A stretch of DNA of 63,992 nt, the filler included, from Hausera hauseri (Eukaryota), in NCBI GenBank assembly GCA_046269625.1. It is 12 parts of 12 records of this genome, joined end to end, with 100 filler letters (N's around TTAATTAATTAA, not from the genome) between each part and the next. Parts side by side here need not be neighbours in the genome. Positions count along the whole stretch, not along the records: positions 49,040 to 55,354 come from JBJURY010114209.1; positions 55,455 to 59,620 come from JBJURY010725658.1; positions 59,721 to 63,992 come from JBJURY010664996.1; 9 more parts are not named here. The stretch is one strand, 5' to 3'. Position 1 is the first letter of the stretch; each line of letters starts with the position of its first letter. Position numbers and translations under genes: made by a program. This document shows positions 54,006-63,992 of the stretch, one piece after another. The notes under the pieces were generated by a model. The model was not told the origin of the DNA and did not search any database. It saw only the letters and a list, made by a program, of their open reading frames with translations.

Positions 54006-55550
54006 TTTTCTCCGTTATTTTTCTATTGATATTAAAATATTCGATTTTTTTTACTTCTCACATGAAAATGGTGTTGAATTCGTCATTTGAAATTTATATA
54101 ATTTTATAAATGTCAAAAAATCTATATAAATAATTAAGCAAAAAATTGCGAAATCAATTCGTTTGTATTGAAAGTTGGAAAAATGATGAAAATTTTCGTA
54201 CAATTTATTTTGACGTGATTAATTGAAAATGAGTCAATTATTTTATTATTTATTTAACTTTTGACGAAATGTCCGATAAGAAATGTCAGCTGATAATCAA
54301 CATTTCGATCCAGCAGTTTTGTTGAGTAAATTGATCGTAACTGGCCAACACATGAAAAATTCTACATTTCATTATTTTTCGAAAGCGATTTTAACATATT
54401 TATACTCATGCTAACTTGAGGCAAACACTTGCATCTGATAGCCCAGATCTTCCTCTATAATCCGTAAAAAAATTACGTTCGAAAGTTGCACGGTTACGTC
54501 AAAATACACATCGGATGAACAACACATTAGTTTGCATTATAGATGTTGGACATATACTTAACGTGCAACTTATAATATAATGTAATATTCAGAAACGACA
54601 AACAGCAGCGTATTCAAACAGATTAAATTTTATTTGATACCAAATATTTTATGTAAAACGTATAAAACTCTATTTATGTATCAAAATACAAACTTGTATA
54701 ATTATAATATATAAAAGAATCAAACAAATTCTCAGCTTTACAGGATTTTGGAAGCTTTTTATAAAACTCTAAACTTAAAAGCTACGCAAATTTAAAATTT
54801 TATTAACTTTGAAATTTTACATTAATGGGTTTTACTGCATTAGTGCAGAATTCATGTAATTACTCCAATATTTGGTGCATCTTTGGGTAACTTCATCATT
54901 CTTAAAATAATTGTAAATAAATGTAAATTCAATATAAATTTTTTGAAACCTGATTATATCATTTAAATATTTAAAAAGCATGATAGATTAAGAAACCCAT
55001 CATATTTACTCAATATTACTGCAATTCCACAGTTTATCTTTTTATGGCTTACCCAGCATAAAATTAATAGATAATGACCTTAAAACATATTTGTTTGAAT
55101 CTACAAAGTTTTTTGTCTTATTTCATTTCTTCAATTTCCCTTCCAACATGCAATATGGGTTTCTAAATATTTTTAACCAATATTTAATAAAATTGTATTT
55201 GATAAATATATTTTTGCTATTTCAGCCCAACGTGAGGTAATTTTTTAATTCATAATAATGTAAACATTATATTCATTAGCATCTGTGATCATTCATTAGC
55301 ATCTGTGATCATTACATTGTGAAATTGAACAAGTTTATTCAGCTGATCTCAACANNNNNNNNNNNNNNNNNNNNNNNNNNNNNNNNNNNNNNNNNNNNTT
55401 AATTAATTAANNNNNNNNNNNNNNNNNNNNNNNNNNNNNNNNNNNNNNNNNNNNTCCTTACAGCGTCATTTTCATAACGGGGGGTAGTGTGGTGCCGCGG
55501 GCTCGTGTACCACCATATTCCTCCAATAACAGAAAGTACATGAGATACGC

Positions 55551-56246
55551 TCATTGGCAATCCCGTCGACATAATGGAGGAAACGCAAAGCGACGATAAA
55601 AGAAATTCAATCGATATACTGGTCTTGACTGACAAATTGCCGCAGCCAAATGATGAACATGATCGTACAAATAATTCTCAGGCAGTTGGGGTTTAACCAG
55701 CCTCCAATGGATTTGAGTGAAATAATTAGGAGCTTGAATATGATGATGCTCCATAGCTCGCATTTTGTTATATCTGTCATACCAATCATGATGATGATAA
55801 TGATGCTTAAACATTGGCCGTATAAAGCAAATTCCTTTAACTTGAATGACCGTAATTTGTTTTTTGAAAACATGCAGTGTTTGGACCGGTTGAAAATGGT
55901 TCCATTGCGTATTAAATTTTGGCACGTTAATGAACGCATAGTCATCGGTGATTTCATATGTTTCCCGAACAATTTTGTGATTATTATATCGTTTTTGACC
56001 AACATCACAAAATCCACTGAAATGTCGTCGAAAAGGTCCAGTTTTGTTGATAAAACAAAATGTTAAGAATATTCCTGCTGACAGGATCAAAATAATCCCA
56101 ACTGTTAAAACTATTCGAAGAACTAGTCTTTGTTTTCTGACTTTAATCAATCGAGCACAATTAGGCATAATGGTTGCCACATCGTCTTTAACAACCAATT
56201 TTTCTTTATCATCAGACTTTTCGTTGTTTATTCCTAATACGGTCAT
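55551..56246 (-). CDS. Type II membrane BRICHOS-domain proprotein
   Basis: Basic patch + TM helix, YAFINVPKF..VQTLHVFKKQITVI..GICFIRPM, and AAICQSRPVYRL (the two BRICHOS Cys motifs). Short C-terminal peptide. Confidence 0.8.
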   Translation of the reverse strand: MTVLGINNEKSDDKEKLVVKDDVATIMPNCARLIKVRKQRLVLRIVLTVGIILILSAGIFLTFCFINKTGPFRRHFSGFCDVGQKRYNNHKIVRETYEITDDYAFINVPKFNTQWNHFQPVQTLHVFKKQITVIQVKGICFIRPMFKHHYHHHDWYDRYNKMRAMEHHHIQAPNYFTQIHWRLVKPQLPENYLYDHVHHLAAAICQSRPVYRLNFFYRRFAFPPLCRRDCQ

Positions 56247-56572
56247 TTTGAAAAATATATAAAACAAATGGGAAATTCAAATGTGACTGTTTTCGCTATA
56301 TTCTCTGGATAATTCAGTCACCCAGATAATGCAATTGGAGAATTTAAATTTGACAGCTTTTCTCAATTCTCTTGTCCTTTGATACATTTCATTTATCTCA
56401 ATATATACTTATCTCAATATTTGATGTATTACTGCGTTGTATCTGGTTAAGTTTTTATTAATTGATTATAGATTATTGAAAAATTTTAAAACAATAAACA
56501 GTTATTCAGAGTATTCAGTTGTTATTTTCTTTTGACGCACTATTTATTCTCTGTCGGAATTATTCAATTTCT

Positions 56573-59500
56573 ATGGATATTTATCCCATTGTAACTAATG
56601 GAATTTCTGCAAATTTAACAATGGTGTCAGAAAAGTCTACAGATGATAAAGTAGACAATTTGGATTATACGAAATTATTTTACGAATTCGTATCGAATTG
56701 GTCACAAAAAGAAATACAATTGGAAGACGTCGAAAGCATATTGAACAAGGCTGTTGAAGATTTATCAAAAAATATCAATATGAGTCTTATGGTTTCAAAA
56801 TTAATTTTAATATCATACAATTGGTCTATTGAGGATATTGTGAAAGAAAAGACGCAGAGCATATTGAAATTAAAGGACAATGAATTACTCAATGCGTCTC
56901 TGTTCAAATTTCTACCTGTTAGAAAGGACGTAGAATCTTTCATTAAACTGTGTTGGTCATGTGCTCTTGGAAATCGACTGGAGTTAATGTCCACTGACAT
57001 AAAGAAATTCCAGGAAAAATGCGCCAATGTTACATTAACAGAACGCAGTCGATCAGTTGCTTCATTTAGACCAGAAACTTCCGTAAGCAACATCAGTAAA
57101 TTGACAACGATCACTTCGGATATCCATACAAGTGTCATCAGTAATCAGGCTGGTGTTCGTAATGACACCGACTTATATGATCTCAATAACCAACCTACTT
57201 TGTGCTCACTTGAGTCCCTTAGTTTGGCTTTGGCTTGCCCAACTGATACAAATACTTTGGAATTGATTCAAGAAAAATATACTAGAGATTTTATTATTGT
57301 ATTATTATTATATACACGGAGTAGTCAAATTCGAAGGAAGTCTGCCGAAGAGTTTAGACTTATTCTTCGGTTCAGTGAGAATTCCAAAGCGTTTGAACAC
57401 GTTATTCAGATGCTTCACCTTAAGCTTCATAATGTCGGTGACAATCCAATGCAATATGGAGATATTTTTAACTCGGTGGTAAAACTTCTCAGTGATACCC
57501 ATCGAATGGAAACCCAACTACCAAACACTGACGCTCTTCTTAAGGTTCAACTTGACAGACTACTGGAAATAAAAAGTTTACCCGATAATGCCAATAACCA
57601 AGCTAGAATAATTCACGAGGTCGTTCTCGTTGGTCGACTTCGAATACTTCAAGAGTTATTTCGATTTTTCCCGGCCAAACTGAAAAGCCAATTAAATGAA
57701 AAATACAATCTCATCAGCCTTATTCTCGATAATTTTCTATTTCCATCGTCAAGACGTTATAGCGACATTAAATTGTATCAACAAGAACAGCAACGTGATT
57801 TCCAAATGTCGTATGACGGAAATCGCGAATTTCCACCGTGGGCCACGGAGCCACTAATAAATCCGATCTATAATACGAGTGAAAGTCAAAAGACGGCCTT
57901 TGAATTATTACGAGTTCTTGTTGCGGGAACTTCTTCCAACATGAAACTGCTCTGCGACAAACTAAATACGTTCTTTTATCTCGATCATCGATTCTTTCTC
58001 AATGAATGGGATTACAAACCTTTGTTTGTCAATCGATCTACAACGGGTTATGTGGGCCTTAAGAACGCCGGTGCTACATGCTATATGAATTCTATTTTGG
58101 AGCAATTATTCATGATTACTCCTATTAGAAATGCGTTATTGGCAGTGGATGCCGGCCCACCAACGATAAGGGATGATTTCGATGATCACGTCATATATAA
58201 TGTGAGAAAGGACGTCGGGAAAAAGCCAATAGACACGAAAGCAATTAAACTGGATATTTTGAGGGAAGTCCAGATGATTTTTGGAAATTTGGCGTTCAGT
58301 CAGAATCAATATTTCACTCCTACTGGATTTTGGAAACATTTTAAGCTTTGGGGTGATGAAGTCAACTTGAGAGAACAGCATGATGCTGTTGAGTTTTTTA
58401 CGTGTCTTGTGGACACTGTTGATGAAGGGTTACATTCTATAGGAATGCCAAAGATTTTCGAACAAGTTCTTGGTGGAACCTTTGCCGACCAAAAAATTTG
58501 TAAAGGCTGTCCGCACAGATACGAAATTGAAGAGAAATTTCACACATTAAGTGTGGATATTAGAAACCATGAAAATCTTATTGAGTCTATGGAGCAATAT
58601 GTCAAAGGAGATCTTCTAGAAGGCGACAATGCATACTTCTGTGAGAGCTGCAAAGAAAAAAGAGACACTGTTAAACGTATGTGTATCAAGAAACTACCTT
58701 TGGTTTTGGCCATCCAACTAAAGCGATTCGATTATGATTGGGAAACAGCTAATTACATCACAGCCTATACGAAAGATTGCCCGGCATGTGGGGTGTGTAT
58801 TGAAAAAAATGGTGGCTGCAATAATATGATGTGTTTCAAGTGCAAATATAATTTTTGTTGGATGTGCCTTCAAGATTGGAAGACTCATCAGGCTGAATAT
58901 TATGAATGTAGTCGGTATAAAGAGAATCCAAATACCGCTAAAGCGTCAGAAAAAGCAATGGCTCGAGATTCATTAAGGAAATATTTGTTTTACTACGAGA
59001 GATATGAAAACCATGAACGAAGTCTTCGGTTGGAAGACCAACAATATTCAGAAATTAAAAGCCGAATCGACTCTAAAGTTAAGAGTATGGAAGGCACATG
59101 GATCGATTGGCAGTATTTGTTAGATGGTGCGTCAACTCTTCTCCGATGTCGATACACACTAAAATATACTTATCCATACGCATATTATATGGAAAAATCA
59201 TCTCGGAAAGACCTCTTGACAGACGAACGGACATATCTATGCTTCCTTTTGAACGGTATGGATGTTAAACATTCTCAGGTGTTCTTGTATCCTCAACTGT
59301 TATGCTTGACGGGTTTGAGTCCAGACCATAATGCGCATCCACCAGCAGTTAGAGATAGTTATACTAAAATATCACACAATGGTGTTTATTTGATTGAAAA
59401 TGGTGTAAATATGTTCCTCTGGATTGGTAAAGATGTTAATTCAGAGTGGCTCATCGATGTTTTCGGTTGTCGAAATGTTGCAGAAATCAGTAATAAGAAT

Positions 59501-59620
59501 TTCTTACCATGTCTCGAAACGGATTTGTCAGTTATGCTACATAATGTCAATAACAATTTATATTCTGGATATTCTTCTGACGACGTTAATGTAGAATGTG
59601 AGTACAATTTCACGCCAACC
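56573..59620 (+). CDS. In-frame mosaic ORF: unknown | ARIH2 UBA-like | USP9X | ARIH2 RING2-Ariadne | SEC24C/D | ARIH2 N-terminus (open at contig end)
   Basis: A single stop-free frame of ~1,016 codons. Segments are detailed in the following entries. Confidence 0.85.
56714..56848 (+). other. ARIH2: ARIH2 (Ariadne-2) N-terminal UBA-like segment within mosaic ORF
   Basis: [39 protein letters not shown] aligns with recalled ARIH2 [39 protein letters not shown]. Confidence 0.7.
56849..58744 (+). other. USP9X: USP9X/Fat facets segment (pre-catalytic region + first part of USP domain)
   Basis: [74 protein letters not shown] and [13 protein letters not shown]. Confidence 0.93.
58742..59215 (+). other. 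ARIH2: ARIH2 RING2 + partial Ariadne domain segment
   Basis: [77 protein letters not shown]. Confidence 0.95.
59216..59548 (+). other. SEC24C: SEC24C/D helical-gelsolin segment
   Basis: [58 protein letters not shown]. Confidence 0.88.
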
Positions 59621-61639
59621 NNNNNNNNNNNNNNNNNNNNNNNNNNNNNNNNNNNNNNNNNNNNTTAATTAATTAANNNNNNNNNNNNNNNNNNNNNNNN
59701 NNNNNNNNNNNNNNNNNNNNATAATTTCCAGTGCAATTGACTGTAATATCTGTTGTCACAATTTCATTCTTTTGTAACGCAGCCTTTGCACTTTTATATT
59801 TTTTCCACCATCGTGCCTTGTAATAATTAATTCATAGTGTTTGCTTGATATTCTACTATTAGATTTTCTTCTTATCTCTGATATTCTCCTTCAGTATTTT
59901 TATACAATGTTCTAAGTGTTAATCATCAGTCTGGCTATTCTTTCGTTATTTCTCCTTACTATTGTCATATAAACAGTTTTTCATCTGAAATTCCAGTATC
60001 ATTGTCCTATTCTTTTTCCGTTCATTATGTTGCTGGTAAATGAGTAAATACCAATGAAAGAATGTAGATACTGATATTGTATGAATTCAACTATTATAGT
60101 GCTGAAGAATGAGTTATTAGATGATGTTATTAGAATTCTACCATTGTGTCGTTGACAATATTCGTTTACCGATATTCAGGTGTTTCGATTTATCTAAATA
60201 TTCTAATTTTTGTGTGCAACAATGTGATGACTGATTAATTTGACCATCAACTAATAATAATTCACGATATTTCATCCTTGTCAAATACGCATGATTTAAC
60301 AGAAGACTGTTATGGAATGATAACCGCTTTATCATTGTTGCAGTTAAACATTTTCTTTTTCCAAAATGTCAAATCAGTTCGTTCATCAGATACAAGTTCG
60401 GCTCTTGAATACAACTTGTCATCTTGTATCATAGGTGTTGACAATAACCATCTCCGATCCCCGGTTCCCCGACTGCTGACAAGAATCGTGTTATATTTAC
60501 ATCATCATTCTTATCACATTTTATATTACATTCACCATATATCTTACATCTAGACACATACGCGCCTTTTGAACACACACTCAACCATATAGGTAATATT
60601 TTAAGCATAAAAACTATATATATGTTATATTTTGGGGTGGTGCTTATTCGACTCCCGCTATATAACAATATTTGCACTTGAATTTATTATATCTATTTGC
60701 AAGTCAGGTCTACGTTATCAGATAGACAGATTGTGCCTTACTTATTCAAAATAAATTTTACTCAATGTGTAATCGTGCGTGAATTCGTGCAGGTAGAAAT
60801 TTTACTTCAATTCTCGTCTTACCTATATAAGTTTCACTGAATTTTTAAACCTAGTGTAGTCTAACCACTTTTAAGAAGCGGTGTAAAAACTAATCAAAAT
60901 TATAAATACCAATCCTTTATTAATAATAAATTACCAAAATGGCAGCTGGATACAACTTCAATATCACTCAAACAGAGTCTCTAAGATCAATGATACAGTC
61001 AGCAGTAGAATTTTATCGTATTCTCGATCTGGTTGGCACTCCACTCGCTTTTTCGTTTTTCTTCTTAATAACTGCTGGTTTATATAGTTGAGCTTCTCGA
61101 CAGATTTCGTTTATTACCCATAACCTTTCTCATAAAAACTCTTTTTCCTTCATATTTCATATTTACATTATTATTTCTACAATTATTTCCACATAGAAAC
61201 TACTTATTCTACTCTCACATAATTATTTTATTACCAATTTATCTACACAAATTATGTACAATTGTTTCCATAATTGCTTTGCCAGGCGTAATTGTTTTAT
61301 TATCAATCTCTACCTGCTGGCGCACTGGTGTCCATTGTAATAGAACTCATTTCTTAACATACATGTTATTCAGTAACATCTACATATACATACAATATAC
61401 AATTTGCACCCTTTAACACATTCATATATGTATAATGTGCATTTTATAACTTAATATACATGCTTGTATTTCTTTGATCGGGTATTTGCCGGATTACCCA
61501 ACTAAACTATCGGGTTCCAACAGAGACAGTTGCTTTTATTTAATGGGGCTTAATAAATTTTCATATTAATTAAATATACTATTTGATTTAGATGATTAAC
61601 AAAAACATTTGAATGATTAAAGTTTTGTAAGAAATATAC

Positions 61640-63170
61640 GTGCACCACAAGTCATATGATATATCATTCAAAGTAAAAGTTATTGAACAAGCAGTTGCAA
61701 AGGCGATGAATATTGACAGCAAAATGGTTATTGAGTGGCGCTCACAAAAGGAAAAATTGGTCAAGATGATAGAATTAGCGGAAAAGCAAAGCAACAAGCG
61801 CAGAAGGCTTCATGGCGGTGGACGTAAGCCTGAGTTTAACTAGGAAGAAATTGCTGAGTGGGTGTTGCATTATCGTAAGGAGTATTATCATGACACCAAG
61901 ATGATTGCTGACAGAAATGTGACAAACTCCCATCAAGACAACTTCAAAGCCAGTACTGGCTGGGCGAACAATTTCATGAAAAGATGGAATTTTACTTAGC
62001 GCCAAAGAAAACATATGGTCGAACTTTACTAGCAAACCTTCTACCAAAAGTGATTAATTTCATCACGTTCTGTGTTCAACAGCGTTCGATACACAGTCTT
62101 CACTCATTATCAATTGGAAATATGGATGAAACAGCCATTTGGATTGACATTCCGGATGCCAGCACTGTTGACGTTGTTGATGTAAAGTCCGTGCCACTTA
62201 AGAAAACTGGTCACGAGGAGAGAGTTACTGTATGTTTGTCAGCTATGGCCGATAGGAAAAAACTACCCCGCTCATTGTCTTCAAAGGCAAGCGTTTTTCG
62301 ACCGAGCTAAAAATGTCACTGATGTTGTGATTGGAGTGTTAGAAAATGGGTGGATTAATGAAAAATTAACATTGTCGAGGTTGGGTAGAGTGTGCGGTTC
62401 ATTGGCTTTTAGTCAGCGTCTGCTGGTTTGGGACACGTTTCGCTGTCACATCTCAGACAGCTACAGTCCCTGAGAAAGAAGAAAACTGTGATGGCCCCAA
62501 TACCTGGTAGACGCACCAAATTGCTACAGCTAGCCGATGTGTCATGGAATGCGCCATTTAATGCAAAATACAGAGCTCTCTATGATGGCTGGCTTGCTAA
62601 TGGTGACCACCAATATACTGCTGAAGGCAACGTGCGTGGCCCATCAAAGAAGATAGTTGCAATGATAAAAGAGGCTTGGAGCTCATTGCTTAGTGAATGC
62701 ATCATTCAATCCTTTGATGCCTGTGGTATTACCACAGCTGATGTTGATGCTGCATAAAGGTTGGAAGAATAGCTAGTGTGGCTCGTGAATCTCTACTGAA
62801 GCGGAACGTTTGTCATGCTACGTGCTCTAACGACATCAGCATTGATGTCGAGAAAATAGGTGATGACGTTAATGATGATGAGAATATTGCATCTGATTAA
62901 ATCAGACTACTTAATTTATATTTTACGGTCTCTTGTAAACATCAACAATGAGCAATACCTAAGTATTTGGACTTGCATTATGCCTATCGTAATATTATAT
63001 TACTTACCTTATACATATTATACCTAATAAAAATTATGCTTTTTTCAGGATTCCAATAGTAAAGTTTTATTCAACCTAGTTAAAGAATGGCAAGTTTATT
63101 AAAAGCGGAATAACAAAGAGAGTGCGTTTATTTGAGGGGTGACTTTAATCAAAAGGGTGCGCTTATATTA
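61640..63170 (+). mobile_element. pogo-family (POGK-like) transposon, degenerate
   Basis: SYDISFKVKVI..GGGRKP, FKASTGW..FMKR, IGNMDET..TGHE.RVTVCL, WDTFRCH and LQLADVSWNAPF. GGGTGCGCTTATA-type end near 63155-63170. Confidence 0.88.
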
Positions 63171-63230
63171 TATATATATATAAGCGCAGAGATCTTTAGT
63201 ACATGAGATGCAGACACAGCTAATATAATA

Positions 63231-63730
63231 CAGGCATCCCCTGCATTATGAACATTAAAATTACATCGGCTCTAGAACTATTATGATTTCACTATTCACA
63301 TGAAATCCCAAGAGGACTTTCACAGTTACGAAGAAAGTGAAAAGTACAAACAGGCTTTTGATTTTATGCCATTTTGGCTTACAAAAGATATCCTGAGACG
63401 TTTCTACTTTTGGAAAGCAGGGATTACCAAAGCAGATAAATAATCAGTAAAAGCATAGTAAAAATTGACTGTGGAGCGAATGTGGAGTTAGTGTCCATAT
63501 TATACATTGACAATTGGCACAAAATTGGATTATGTGGTCAGTACAACACCAGACGCCGTTACATCCTCAGAGAATGTATCTGGTATCCAATTGTTGAGGT
63601 TGGATGGACATCACAACCTTTTTTTGTTGGAAACAATTTCTCTGTCACTGCTGGGAATCAAACCTAGGACCTCGCTAATGGCAAGAAGTACACTAACTAC
63701 CATGCTGCCAGTTGCTTCAACTAATGAGTA
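63231..63730 (+). mobile_element. Tigger-like element remnant
   Basis: TA followed by CAGGCATCCCC TIR-like start; DDE_1-type GWMDITTFFCW motif near 63598-63630. Confidence 0.5.
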
Positions 63731-63905
63731 AAAGATTTTGAAAAAAACTCTGCTCATGTACAGGATATATACTGAAAAAAGTATGTTGTATTACAAAGCA
63801 ATGCTTATTATGAATTCTCCAGACATAAATTGTAAGGAGTAGTCCAAAAAGTTGCACACGCCTCCAGTGTGCAATGTAATGACAAAATCGACAAAAGTAA
63901 AACAA

Positions 63906-63992
63906 GTGCAGAAACTCAAATACCTTGGAACTCTTGTAACATCAGATGGCAGATGTGACACGGAAATCAAAAGCAGAATTGCACAGGCAAAA
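63906..63992 (+). mobile_element. RTE-clade LINE reverse transcriptase fragment
   Basis: VQKLKYLGTLVTSDGRCDTEIKSRIAQAK. Confidence 0.8.

Noticed and set aside
55271-55313. 20-bp direct repeat ATTCATTAGCATCTGTGATC x2
   Set aside because: Simple local duplication with no further structure.
279-59620. Ubiquitin gene cluster (PHRF1, UBE3C, USP9X/ARIH2)
   Set aside because: These lie on different contigs; linkage is not supported.
4626-59720. Contigs as telomere-capped nanochromosomes, or TTAATTAATTAA as a biological motif
   Set aside because: No shared terminal motif at contig ends. The linker is a synthetic six-frame stop. ORFs containing X runs are artefacts.
63158-63188. Palindrome TGCGCTTATA(TA)nTAAGCGCA as a regulatory hairpin
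   Set aside because: Better explained by the pogo end next to a TA microsatellite.

Overview
AT-rich animal DNA. It is not one locus: 12 short contigs (~4-7.4 kb) are joined by an artificial 100-bp linker (N44-TTAATTAATTAA-N44), so adjacency across linkers means nothing by itself. Host genes have very small introns (about 23-50 nt), suggesting a compacted genome such as a dicyemid/orthonectid mesozoan (inference only). Recognisable host genes: PHRF1-like, UBE3C-like, SNX13/14-like and a BRICHOS protein. Gene fragments: PSD/EFA6 Sec7, TBX2/3, mitochondrial aconitase and NAGPA. Decayed mobile DNA: Bel/Pao, Ty3/Gypsy, mariners, pogo/Tigger, a hATm-like transposase, an RTE LINE, and Maverick/Polinton polymerase and capsid modules. 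The most striking feature is an uninterrupted >1,000-codon ORF (56573-59620). It is an in-frame mosaic of unrelated genes: unknown | ARIH2 UBA-like | USP9X/FAF | ARIH2 RING2-Ariadne | SEC24C/D | probable ARIH2 N-terminus. The ARIH2 pieces lie in scrambled order. Together with the other abruptly truncated or internally deleted gene fragments, this points to a gene-segment shuffling process, or to a misassembly that needs excluding. All protein assignments are by-eye motif recognition, not database searches.
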